A stretch of 38,281 nt of DNA from a virus (taxonomy: Duplodnaviria; Heunggongvirae; Uroviricota; Caudoviricetes): IMG/VR virus record IMGVR_UViG_2737471992_000010, positions 1-38,281 of that record; one strand, written 5' to 3'. The translations under genes were made by a program, and so were the position numbers. The notes beneath the pieces are model-generated. The model saw nothing but the letters and a program-made list of their open reading frames with translations. It had not been told where the DNA came from and made no database searches. Of this stretch, positions 25,365 to 33,791 are shown in pieces; positions within the stretch are counted from its first letter, which is position 1, and each line of letters starts with the position of its first letter.

Positions 25365-26840
25365 TTAAGCATAGGGATCGTAATCTGTGATGGCCTTGCC
25401 TTGCTGGTTCTGCTGCCCGGGAATTCGCAGACGCTTAGACACAGGGAACGCAAACGTCAGCAGTAGCGCATCGCCTTTACCAGGAGAACGCCCAAGTCGC
25501 TCTTTGATATCTTCCTTCGGTTCGATAACGATTTTACCGTCCACGCGAACTTTGTACTCTGCCGTCGACAGGTCGTCCGCTGTTTCCTGGTCATCCAGCA
25601 TGCCGCCGAGCCTCAGCCATGTCTTGCATGAGTTGAACATCTCCCCACGCTTGTTGAGCATCTGCGGGTCAGTAGACGCGCCACCGAACGGAACAAGTTG
25701 CCATGTACGACCCCAGCCATCACCGATTGACTTCAAACCGGTTCCGTAACCGAAGTCGATGAACACCGCGTCAGCCTGATACTGGTCTTCAAAGTCAGCG
25801 ATACGCTTCGCCATAATCAGATCGTCAGTGGTCTTGTTGCCAGTCCACAGCACCTTACTGTGCAGCCCCTGCCGCAGGTATATCACAGCGTCATCAACAC
25901 CGGAGTATGCCGGGTCAACGCCGATTATCACCGGAGCATGTGCCACCTGCGCAGCGGTTACCACCCGTTTCATTGCCTCGTCAGTAAGACCGGTAGGGAT
26001 AAACTGCAATTCAGATGCATCCGGGAATATGCCGCGCACACGGATTTTAACGAAGTCGCTGTCTTCCCCGTAGTCATCAACCCATTTCTGCAACTGCTGT
26101 TTGTTGGTGCCTTCCACCGTCCGGCTGTCAATCTGCGCAGTTTTCCAGCGGTGTTTATACTTGCGGAAACATTCACGGAATCGCCCGGTATTACGCGTCG
26201 GGTTTCCGAACGCCACCCAGATAATCTCAGTGTCTTCGTCCGTAAGCGCACCCTCAGCAACTTCCCACACCAGATCCGCAATGTTCGACGCTTCATCGAA
26301 TACCACGATGATGCGTTTGCGCTCGTTGTGTAATCCGGCGAATGCCTCAGTGTTGTGCTCAGACCAGGGGATTGCGTCAGCTCGCCACCGCTTGTCGTGC
26401 CCAGGATCATTGCTGTACATCGCGGTAGCGGTACAGGTAAACCAGTCTTTCGTGATAGCAAGGTTCGACCACTTGATAATTTCCGGCCAGGTCTTCGTTC
26501 GTAGCTGGTTGTCGGTGTTGGCGGTCACCACGACCTTACAATCCTCGCAAGTGGACATGCCCCAGTTGATCAGCATTGAGATGAATGCGGATTTACCAAT
26601 ACCGTGACCAGAAGCGCGTGCCAGCATAAGCGGCTGATAGCGCGTCTCTGGATTCTGCAGGTGATCACGTATCTCTCGGAACGCATCAGCCTGCCACTGA
26701 CGTGGACCGGTGGCATGTGCCAGTTCAGTCCCCTCTTCCCCCCACGGGAACGCATAGAGGGCATAGCCAAGCGGATCGTGAGTGAACCCTGCAATATCCT
26801 CGATCAACTGTTCTTCAGGAGATAACGCTGCATCTGTCAC
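25365..26840 (-). CDS. Terminase large subunit
   Basis: 491 aa; Walker A-like ASGHGIGKS, downstream acidic nuclease-type motifs; follows the small subunit gene with a 4-nt overlap. Confidence 0.85.
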   Translation of the reverse strand: MTDAALSPEEQLIEDIAGFTHDPLGYALYAFPWGEEGTELAHATGPRQWQADAFREIRDHLQNPETRYQPLMLARASGHGIGKSAFISMLINWGMSTCEDCKVVVTANTDNQLRTKTWPEIIKWSNLAITKDWFTCTATAMYSNDPGHDKRWRADAIPWSEHNTEAFAGLHNERKRIIVVFDEASNIADLVWEVAEGALTDEDTEIIWVAFGNPTRNTGRFRECFRKYKHRWKTAQIDSRTVEGTNKQQLQKWVDDYGEDSDFVKIRVRGIFPDASELQFIPTGLTDEAMKRVVTAAQVAHAPVIIGVDPAYSGVDDAVIYLRQGLHSKVLWTGNKTTDDLIMAKRIADFEDQYQADAVFIDFGYGTGLKSIGDGWGRTWQLVPFGGASTDPQMLNKRGEMFNSCKTWLRLGGMLDDQETADDLSTAEYKVRVDGKIVIEPKEDIKERLGRSPGKGDALLLTFAFPVSKRLRIPGQQNQQGKAITDYDPYA

Positions 26841-27433
26841 TGATTGCCATCCTGACGTTCTTTCAGTCTCTTCCTGGCTGCCGCTATGCGATCAGCAATT
26901 GTCACATTCACATTAACATCCAGGCGTTCTTTGAATGCATTGACATCGACGTGCTTACCAATCAGCTCAAGGTTCTTCACCTTGTCAGGCCATTTAATTT
27001 TTTTGAGGATTGTCTCTATCGAATCCTCGTTCATGTTCATGATGGTCGATGACAGATCAAAGCCGCTAAGCGTAGTGCGCCAGATTTTCGGCCACTCGCG
27101 GATTGGCTTAAGGCTCCCATCGTCGTTGAGGATATCAATCACGTCCATCTGGTCGATCTCCACCAGGCGCATGAGAACGTAATCAGCACTGACGCGCATT
27201 CGTTTGTTGCGCTCCTCCATCAACTCGGCAATCCGTTTTTGAATGCGTTCATCGCGCATCATGACACTGGCTTTAACTGCCGCTGTATTTGGGGAGAATC
27301 CTGCGTTAATCGCTGCCTGAGTCTGGTTTTCAGGCGTTTTGATGTATGACTGGCAATAAGCCTCCTGCATTGCTGTTAGTGGCTTAAATTGCGTTGATTT
27401 GCGTTTATAGGCTTTAGGTTCAGCAGGCATCAT
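26837..27433 (-). CDS. Terminase small subunit
   Basis: About 198 aa from MMPAEPKAYKRK; conserved TAMQEAYCQSYIKTP...AAINAGFSPNTA region; the track N-terminal extension (27434-27511) looks spurious. Confidence 0.7.
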   Translation of the reverse strand: MMPAEPKAYKRKSTQFKPLTAMQEAYCQSYIKTPENQTQAAINAGFSPNTAAVKASVMMRDERIQKRIAELMEERNKRMRVSADYVLMRLVEIDQMDVIDILNDDGSLKPIREWPKIWRTTLSGFDLSSTIMNMNEDSIETILKKIKWPDKVKNLELIGKHVDVNAFKERLDVNVNVTIADRIAAARKRLKERQDGNQ

Positions 27434-27551
27434 AACCACCGTGGTAATAGTTACCGTTGTGGTAATAGTACCATGCAAAATAAAGCCGCCATAGTTGGCG
27501 GCAGTATTCAAAACCCGTCAAATTCATCATGCATAATCTACTCGTGACATG

Positions 27552-27890
27552 TCACACTATTAATTTCGTTTCATGCCAGCCTTTAGTCACCCAGCATTGT
27601 GAGTCACCATTACACGGACATGAATTAACTGGAACTCTCTCGCCGCACTTACCGCAACGTGTTCTGCTGATCGATTTTATACGCCCGTGCACGCGTGCAT
27701 CATCCTGGCGGATCAGTAACGCTATATACTCACCAAATTCGTAAGGCGCACGCCCGGGGCGACGCGTGGCACAGTTACGCTCCAGCATTTCAATTTCCTG
27801 AGCATCAAGCACAATCTCCAGCTTACGCACACCAGATGCAGCTTGTCTGGCTCTCTGAGCGGCTTTGCGCTCTGCTGCTGATTTAGCCAT
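27552..27890 (-). CDS. Basic protein with C-terminal Cys-rich zinc-ribbon-like motif, at the Q/late-regulator position
   Basis: 112 aa; Arg/Lys-rich N-terminus, CGKCGERVPVNSCPCNGDSQC near the C-terminus; immediately upstream of terminase. Confidence 0.4.
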   Translation of the reverse strand: MAKSAAERKAAQRARQAASGVRKLEIVLDAQEIEMLERNCATRRPGRAPYEFGEYIALLIRQDDARVHGRIKSISRTRCGKCGERVPVNSCPCNGDSQCWVTKGWHETKLIV

Positions 27891-28236
27891 TCTGATTTTC
27901 CTGCATCATGAGAAATACAATCATGGCGGCTCGGAGTGGATTATTCGCATGAAAGCAAATGTTCTCGGCATTAAAAACAGCTGACCACTCACCGCGAGAG
28001 TGGTGGCAGGTTAGACTGATTTTATTATCAACAATAATAGGCCATGCATCCGATGGATTATTGCAGTAGTCAGGTAAAGGGTTTAATGGCTCAAAAGTTG
28101 TATCAGTATTTCCGTAATACCATTTGTTGGTGTTATTCCCTGATGTTTCCGGTTTACACGCCCAAAGGCCTTTAAAAATTATGTCTCCTACCATTCTGTT
28201 AATTTCAAAATCACTTAACTGTGAATAGTCCATCAT
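27883..28236 (-). CDS. NinX/DUF2591-like phage protein
   Basis: 117 aa; composition and length resemble the DUF2591 family of lambdoid nin regions (from memory). Confidence 0.4.
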   Translation of the reverse strand: MMDYSQLSDFEINRMVGDIIFKGLWACKPETSGNNTNKWYYGNTDTTFEPLNPLPDYCNNPSDAWPIIVDNKISLTCHHSRGEWSAVFNAENICFHANNPLRAAMIVFLMMQENQNG

Positions 28237-29147
28237 TTCACCTCCTGCGGTGGTTCCGGTAGCGGCATCCAGTGGGTTGCTTGCTCAATACCATTACCCG
28301 GCTTAATCGTTGCATCTCCGCGCCGAAAGGTGCTTCCGGTATAGCGTGCGGAGCATATTAGCGGTTCAACCAGAGAGCTATCGAAATTCACCGAAATAAG
28401 CACGTTCTGGCCCTTTTCAGGCATTCGCTCACTACAGCTTATCCAACCATCCGGAGTTACCGGAGAGTTGCCTGCCAGTCTACGCAAAACAGCCTTAACA
28501 GCCTCAATACGGTCATCATCGTAACTTTCCGCCGTATCTATGCGGTCGAGCATGATGATTGCGTTATCAATATCAGGATTGCCGGTCCACTCATTACCGC
28601 GATTGGATTCGGCAGCCTGGTTGCCGCGTACTGGTTGATTGTCGGCTTTACCCAGTCTGTCGTCGCTGCATGAATGCCCTTCCAGCCAGGCCAATGCTTG
28701 TCGCATGAAATACGCAATATGTTTGCCGTGGTAATCGTCTTCATCGATGTGAAAAGCGATACTGCGGATGTATTCAATTGCGTTTTCAATGGCCTCCGGC
28801 GTTATCGGAGTTGGTCCATCGAATTCGGGCATGTCAGGACCTTTTCTGATAGCTTTAGCCAGCTCCAGCGGGTCATCGTAAAGCCAGTCGCCAGTTTGTG
28901 GGTGATTTGCTTCTGCAAGCTGCGCAGCCCATTCAAGACCATCTTTTTGACCTTGGAGATAATCAAGCGGCAACTCTTCATGATTACTTGCAGGTTCGGC
29001 ACTATCAGCTTCGCGCCGCTTCTGTAGCTCTGCTGCCATTGCTCTCACGACTTCAACTGGTGCCCTTGCAGCAAACTCTATGTTGGTGATTAGCTCATTA
29101 AGATATTGCTCGCCTGGATACTGTTTCTTATCGGTTATAGTGGTCAT
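28233..29147 (-). CDS. Hypothetical protein with DUF551-like C-terminal domain
   Basis: Start reassigned to the ATG at 29147 (AGGGAGAG RBS); C-terminal DGWISCSERMPEKGQNVLI...WMPLPEPP pattern typical of DUF551. Confidence 0.5.
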   Translation of the reverse strand: MTTITDKKQYPGEQYLNELITNIEFAARAPVEVVRAMAAELQKRREADSAEPASNHEELPLDYLQGQKDGLEWAAQLAEANHPQTGDWLYDDPLELAKAIRKGPDMPEFDGPTPITPEAIENAIEYIRSIAFHIDEDDYHGKHIAYFMRQALAWLEGHSCSDDRLGKADNQPVRGNQAAESNRGNEWTGNPDIDNAIIMLDRIDTAESYDDDRIEAVKAVLRRLAGNSPVTPDGWISCSERMPEKGQNVLISVNFDSSLVEPLICSARYTGSTFRRGDATIKPGNGIEQATHWMPLPEPPQEVK

Positions 29148-29148
29148 A

Positions 29149-29784
29149 TCACTCTCCCTTGATGCCAATGTTTACAGCTTGGCAAGCCTCTTTGAGCACC
29201 CAGTCAACAGCGTCTTTCCATGCTCCGGTTTCGACTGGCGGGTTCTCACGTTTTACCTGCTCATAAAAACGCACCGCTTTAATCAGTCCTTCAGGTACTA
29301 CTGGCGATGGCTGTTTAGCTTCTAAATCAGCAATTCTGTCAACTACGGCATCTACTGCATCTGAAAAACCGAACCAGTTACTCCACTCAGGCCTATCCCC
29401 GGTTGCTGCAAAATACATATCAGCTAAAGCAGACTCAGCATGGTCACGCTCGTTAATGAGTTGCTCTTCGCTTTTCTCCAGTTCAGCAATACGCTTACTT
29501 CCATCCGAGATAACACCTTCGTAATATTCACGCTGCTCGTTGAGTTTTGATTTTGCCAACTCCAGTTGTTTTGTTAGTTCCGCAATACGGCAAACATCGT
29601 TGATACGCGTTTCCTCTAATGCGTTGATCTCATCCAACAATGCCAGCGCGATATCTGGCGAAAAGTGCTTCATAAAATCGTTAAGCGCATTAATTCGCTG
29701 ATCGAAAGGCATTACAGGTGCTTCACCAGCAATTTTTGTTTTTTCAGCGATTTCACGAAGCTTTTGATAATCAATCTTGCTCAC
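29149..29784 (-). CDS. Ead/Ea22-like coiled-coil protein
   Basis: 211 aa, charged coiled-coil, in the early-right accessory region. Confidence 0.45.
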   Translation of the reverse strand: MSKIDYQKLREIAEKTKIAGEAPVMPFDQRINALNDFMKHFSPDIALALLDEINALEETRINDVCRIAELTKQLELAKSKLNEQREYYEGVISDGSKRIAELEKSEEQLINERDHAESALADMYFAATGDRPEWSNWFGFSDAVDAVVDRIADLEAKQPSPVVPEGLIKAVRFYEQVKRENPPVETGAWKDAVDWVLKEACQAVNIGIKGE

Positions 29785-30266
29785 TGGTTGCCCTCCTTCA
29801 TAAAAATAATCCAGTGGGTCTTGTCACCCTTTCCTGTTCGTTGACCGATAACAGGCTTTCTGTCTGTCAGTGCCAATATTTGGCGAACAGGTATTTGCGT
29901 TTCATTCCATTTAAAAATCAGAACACCATATGGCCACAACACACGAAAGGCTTCTTTAAATCCCTGCCGCAAATCATCACGCCAGGTATCTTTATTCAGC
30001 CGTCCATATTTCTTTCCCATCCAGGCGTTATCACCAACACGCTCAAGATGCGGAGGGTCGAATACAACAACCGGAAACGATGCGTCTGCAAATGGTAATG
30101 CACGAAAATCTGCTATCAGGTCAGGGCTAATTATCAGCCGTCGGCCATCACACAATATGTGATCTTCCTTTCTGATATCGCTAAATATCGCCCGGTCGTC
30201 CTTCTTATCGAACCAGAACATGCGACTGCCACAGCACATGTCGAGGATTGCTGCATGTCCAGTCAC
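29781..30266 (-). CDS. Small orphan DNA methyltransferase (amino-methyltransferase type, DPPH motif)
   Basis: 161 aa; SAM-binding-like LDMCCGSR near the N-terminus and catalytic-type tetrapeptide DPPH (VVVFDPPHL); no adjacent restriction gene. Confidence 0.55.
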   Translation of the reverse strand: MTGHAAILDMCCGSRMFWFDKKDDRAIFSDIRKEDHILCDGRRLIISPDLIADFRALPFADASFPVVVFDPPHLERVGDNAWMGKKYGRLNKDTWRDDLRQGFKEAFRVLWPYGVLIFKWNETQIPVRQILALTDRKPVIGQRTGKGDKTHWIIFMKEGNQ

Positions 30267-30919
30267 TGGTTGCCTCCTTTGCGAAGCTGGGCGGCAAAGT
30301 CAGTCGCATGCTCACCGAGTAGTTTCCAGTTATCGCGTATATCAGATGCAAGCGACTGTTCGGATTTTGAGTTACATTTCTGTGCAAACATCTCCAATCC
30401 CTGCGCCCGCACTTCAGCCAGGCATTTGCGAAACTCGGAAACGTACTGTTCGACGCTCATTCCCCAGCTAAGTGGACATTCATTGAATGTTTCGCCTTCG
30501 TGCTCTTCATCAGGTAGCTCTTTGGTAAAGAACTCACGTTCAATGGCGTGGAGTGTGTCAGCAAAACGACGTAAGTTACTCAAACCTGTCGTAATGGAGA
30601 ATTCAGGAGCATCACATCCGACGCCCATCTGCTGATAAACGGCGGTTTTGAAGGCCTTAAGCCCCGCATTCTCCGCTGCCAGCGCCGAAAACTTCTCATG
30701 TGCCAACTTAACAGCCGAATCAGCCTGCTTAATTGACTCAATCGCTCTCTGGTGGTCTTCGGCCAGCGCATTAGCACGCACCAGTTGCACTTCCAGTTGC
30801 GTTGCCAAATCGCTGATCAGCTTTGTCACACTGCGCATATCAACGGCACCACATTCTGCTTTCAGTTCCGAAGCCATCTCATGCCCGGCGGCAACTAACC
30901 CTTTGATATTACTTTCCAT
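30263..30919 (-). CDS. Ead/Ea22-like hypothetical protein
   Basis: 218 aa, coiled-coil rich N-terminal half; overlaps the downstream methylase start. Confidence 0.4.
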   Translation of the reverse strand: MESNIKGLVAAGHEMASELKAECGAVDMRSVTKLISDLATQLEVQLVRANALAEDHQRAIESIKQADSAVKLAHEKFSALAAENAGLKAFKTAVYQQMGVGCDAPEFSITTGLSNLRRFADTLHAIEREFFTKELPDEEHEGETFNECPLSWGMSVEQYVSEFRKCLAEVRAQGLEMFAQKCNSKSEQSLASDIRDNWKLLGEHATDFAAQLRKGGNQ

Positions 30920-30980
30920 CTTTACCCTCGCTTATCCACATAACTTATTGATTACACTGATAACTAAAAAGATCGTCGAT

Positions 30981-31325
30981 TCAGAACTCTTCGATGTTCC
31001 AGCCACCACCTGCTTTCTTTGGCTTAACCGTTACCCCGATGATTCGGAACGGATACTGATCTGCGGCGACTTTGGTTTTCACCCTGGCGTCGTCGGTCCA
31101 GAAACCTTTCACTTCGTGCAGTTCCATCTCGCCGGTGGCGAGCATCACAGCAAAATCGGGCGTATAGAACGTGTTGTCAGCTAACCGCAACTTGATACCC
31201 TCGAATCGATACCAGGCGATTTCCCCTGCACGTTTACGCTGCTCAAGGTGCTGGCAATACGCAGATTCTGTTTTGTTCATCTGGCCTGTTTTGAGTCGAC
31301 CAAGAGCCTGCATCTGTTTTCTCAT
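30981..31325 (-). CDS. DUF1064-family phage protein
   Basis: 114 aa; pattern NKTE..Y...LE..K.AGEI..Y.FE.IKL.LA...YTPDF.V...GE.E.HEVKG typical of DUF1064 proteins found next to phage replication genes. Confidence 0.6.
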   Translation of the reverse strand: MRKQMQALGRLKTGQMNKTESAYCQHLEQRKRAGEIAWYRFEGIKLRLADNTFYTPDFAVMLATGEMELHEVKGFWTDDARVKTKVAADQYPFRIIGVTVKPKKAGGGWNIEEF

Positions 31326-31327
31326 GA

Positions 31328-31406
31328 TTTACCCATGAGGTAATTAAAAACCACATAAGACACGAAATCAATAGATCTTAGAACATTTTATTACCTAGCA
31401 GGTAAT
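31328..31406. promoter_or_regulatory. Two 17-bp palindromic operator-like sites (31328-31344 TTTACC-CATGA-GGTAAT; 31390-31406 ATTACC-TAGCA-GGTAAT)
   Basis: Both inverted repeats lie in the 117-bp gap between the P stop and the DUF1064 start; the first abuts the DUF1064 start codon. Confidence 0.55.
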
Positions 31407-31442
31407 TATCAAGACGTAAAAAAATGCGCTATCGCGCTGGTA

Positions 31443-32243
31443 TTACTTGATAAATCCTGCCGCCTTTCCCCGCCTGTATTCCTCCATCAGCCACTGCGCC
31501 GGTGTTATTCCCCCCAGGGTAGCGGCGTTAGGCATACACCCGAAACTTCGCCCTGGTGGATGGTAAACGTCTCTCCCTGTGTCCGGAGGCGTACTCATGG
31601 GTTCTGGCTTTGCCTGTATGCTGATCACCGGATCGGGTATCTGCTGTCCGGAAGCCACCTTTTTCGCCCAATCATCAAGCAGCCTGCGCGCGTGTTTCTC
31701 AACCTCAATCTCGCTAAGCTGGCGCTGATACATTGCACGGCGGGTATCACATACGACCCAGTACATAACCGGATGCCGCCACGGGAATCTTTCGGGACCA
31801 CCAGGATATAAACTTTTTTCCTTGCTGTACCGGTGAAACTCCGCCATCACATCGTCAATGGTGACGCCAAGAACCATCTTGCTGTCTTTACACCACTTGA
31901 TAAATTGCCCTGGCGACGGCCAGAACGGAGATTCACTGGCGCGGGCGTGGCGCATACCAGCAGAAACCTGTTCACGGGTTCGGATCCCCCCTTCGGCAAA
32001 CGCAGCAATCCACTGCTGTTTTGCAGCAACTTCCTGCTCTGGCGTCTTCAGGTTGGTTACCACTGCCGCCGGAAACAGTTGTTTCAACTGTTTGAAAAGG
32101 GCATCAACAAGCCTCTCTGCTGACATGTTCACTACGTTGTCATTGTTGGTGTACTGATGCTCATAACCTGACATGCGAGAAAGGGCTTCTCCGTCACGGT
32201 TTTGTATCGCGGTAAAAACGTTGTTCACAAGAAATCCTCCCAT
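31443..32243 (-). CDS. Replication protein P-like (helicase loader)
   Basis: Segment GMRHARASESPFWPSPGQFIKWC matches lambda P GMRVARRQNRPFLPSPGQFVAWC; start may be the internal ATG at 32174. Confidence 0.75.
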   Translation of the reverse strand: MGGFLVNNVFTAIQNRDGEALSRMSGYEHQYTNNDNVVNMSAERLVDALFKQLKQLFPAAVVTNLKTPEQEVAAKQQWIAAFAEGGIRTREQVSAGMRHARASESPFWPSPGQFIKWCKDSKMVLGVTIDDVMAEFHRYSKEKSLYPGGPERFPWRHPVMYWVVCDTRRAMYQRQLSEIEVEKHARRLLDDWAKKVASGQQIPDPVISIQAKPEPMSTPPDTGRDVYHPPGRSFGCMPNAATLGGITPAQWLMEEYRRGKAAGFIK

Positions 32244-33040
32244 GCTTCAGGGCTGTTCCAGTGCGGAACGTTGTTATCAGGTAATGTTGATTGCTTCTGT
32301 CTGCTAATCTGCAGCCGCCTTGCCAGCTTCTGCTCCCACTGTGCCTGATGGTATGCCCTACCCTCAGCCATCCAGTAAATTCTGAACTCTGCAAGTTCCT
32401 GTGCCGTTGGCAGACTGTCCAGGTAGATCCCCTGCAATGAGCTTTTCCGAAGAAAGTCATCTGATGGCTGCCATTGTTCATGCATGACAAATTTGCCTAA
32501 TTGCCCTGGCCCACCAGGAGGAACAAAGTTATTCATCACGGCGTTGTTTGCGCCGGGGTCATGATGCACAGAATCCCCGTTTTTTGTCCTGCTCTCCCTC
32601 TCTTGGTTAAATGACTGGTTATATGACTGGTTCTGGATCCCGTTTTTGGGATCATTCAACATCCCGTTTTTGGGATCATTCAACATCCCGTTTTTGGGTA
32701 TATTCCCGTTTTCGGGAACATTACCGTTTTCGGGTTCATTACCCCCTTCCCGGTTGCCTTTAATGTTCCCGTTTTTGGTTATATTAAGAGAGAAAACCCG
32801 CACTCTTTTCGTCGCTCCCTTTCTCTCTCCGGTATCTGAAATAAGCCCCATTTTCATGAGCGATATAAGCCCGGCCTGCACGGTTTTTTTATTCAGGCAA
32901 GTGTCTTTAACGAGGCGTTCTATGCTGGGGTAGCAGAGGTTATATTCATCGGCTCTGTCAGCCATCGAGAGCAGTATGAGCTTTAATGACGAGCTACCTG
33001 GATCTGTCTCCCAGGCCCAATCTGTTGCATGTCTGCTCAT
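32225..33040 (-). CDS. Replication initiator O-like protein with ori iterons inside the gene
   Basis: 271 aa; N-terminal HTH-like region, central NG/PENG/PKNG peptide repeats encoded by DNA iterons; immediately upstream of the P-like gene as in lambda O-P. Confidence 0.7.
   Translation of the reverse strand: MSRHATDWAWETDPGSSSLKLILLSMADRADEYNLCYPSIERLVKDTCLNKKTVQAGLISLMKMGLISDTGERKGATKRVRVFSLNITKNGNIKGNREGGNEPENGNVPENGNIPKNGMLNDPKNGMLNDPKNGIQNQSYNQSFNQERESRTKNGDSVHHDPGANNAVMNNFVPPGGPGQLGKFVMHEQWQPSDDFLRKSSLQGIYLDSLPTAQELAEFRIYWMAEGRAYHQAQWEQKLARRLQISRQKQSTLPDNNVPHWNSPEAWEDFL
32637..32781. repeat. Origin iterons: 5-6 copies of ATCCCGTTTTTGGGAT-like inverted repeat at about 24-bp spacing, followed by an AT-rich stretch
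   Basis: Perfect copies at 32637-32652 and 32661-32676; degenerate copies at 32685-32700, 32703-32718, 32721-32736 and about 32766-32781; AT-rich atattaagagagaaaa follows. Confidence 0.75.
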
Positions 33041-33055
33041 GATTAATCTCCGCTA

Positions 33056-33256
33056 TCAGCTTGAATGTTGTGGGGAGGAATTAATCATGATCTGCTTAAT
33101 CTCTGCCCTGATACGACGGTTTGATTCCATGGTGCACTCAACACAGTGTCCGTTGTAAACCCAGCGTTCACTGTCATGTCCGTGCTTACATGGTTTTCCG
33201 GTGTAGTAGCGTTTAAGTCCGCGCTTTGCGGCATCAATACGTGTAATGATTTCCAT
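33056..33256 (-). CDS. Small zinc-finger protein at the cII position
   Basis: About 66 aa from MEIITRIDAAKRGLKRYYTGKPCKHGH...YNGHCVEC; C-x-H...C-x2-C pattern; the start is uncertain (track ORF extends to 33325). Confidence 0.4.
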   Translation of the reverse strand: MEIITRIDAAKRGLKRYYTGKPCKHGHDSERWVYNGHCVECTMESNRRIRAEIKQIMINSSPQHSS

Positions 33257-33335
33257 GGTAAGCCCTGTTATTAGTATTGGGATTACGGTCATTTTGTGCT
33301 GACACAAAAAAAAGATCAACCACATTTGGTTATTT

Positions 33336-33352
33336 ATTACCTTTGAGGTACG
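33336..33352. promoter_or_regulatory. Imperfect 17-bp palindromic site ATTACC-TTTGA-GGTACG
   Basis: Left half-site perfect, right half-site with two mismatches; between the Cro-like stop and the zinc-finger gene. Confidence 0.35.
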
Positions 33353-33406
33353 AATAGATATGAAAAGACCGCCGGGTGGCGGTCTACAGAGGGTTGTAGC
33401 TGGATA

Positions 33407-33637
33407 TCATGAGTAGAAGAAGTATGCCAGTTCTGCTTTTGAGCGCAGCCATTGTCTTGATTTACAGGCTTTAAAAAGCCCATTCATCAATACCTTACCT
33501 GGCATTTTGCGCTTACCTGTTAAGTGAGTCTGGATATAGTGACTCGTCGTTCCGGCTTCCTGTGCGAAGGCTTCACGCTCATCCGGAGTAAGTGCAAGCC
33601 AGTGCTTTTTGAAATCGAAATGTCCGTTATCGCTCAT
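33407..33637 (-). CDS. Cro/CII-like HTH regulator
   Basis: 76 aa; HTH-like segment FAQEAGTTSHYIQTHLTGKR; transcribed divergently from the repressor gene across the operator cluster. Confidence 0.5.
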   Translation of the reverse strand: MSDNGHFDFKKHWLALTPDEREAFAQEAGTTSHYIQTHLTGKRKMPGKVLMNGLFKACKSRQWLRSKAELAYFFYS

Positions 33638-33672
33638 AGCTATTGCCTGATATTTATTTCAGATAATAAATA

Positions 33673-33737
33673 TTCACCTATAAGGTAACAAAAATCAAGG
33701 ATAGTTACCCATGAGGTGCATTTACCTGTTGGGTAAT
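33673..33737. promoter_or_regulatory. OR-like operator cluster: three 17-bp sites (33673-33689 TTCACC-TATAA-GGTAAC; 33704-33720 GTTACC-CATGA-GGTGCA; 33721-33737 TTTACC-TGTTG-GGTAAT)
   Basis: Three tandem copies of the palindrome in the 154-bp divergent region between the Cro-like gene (start 33637) and the repressor gene (start 33792). Confidence 0.6.
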
Positions 33738-33791
33738 ATTGCTTTAAATTGAATCATCTTCTGATTCAGATATGAGGCGATTTTCCAGAAA

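Noticed and set aside
27434-27511. N-terminal extension of the terminase small subunit containing a direct repeat GTGGTAATAGT
   Set aside because: Translation (TTVTITTVV) is low complexity and the better start MMPAEPK lies at 27433; the short repeat is probably incidental, although a packaging-site role cannot be excluded.
30932-30940. Perfect DnaA-box 9-mer TTATCCACA in the gap before the Ea22-like gene
   Set aside because: A single 9-mer is expected by chance at roughly 0.3 copies per window of this size; no cluster of boxes is present.
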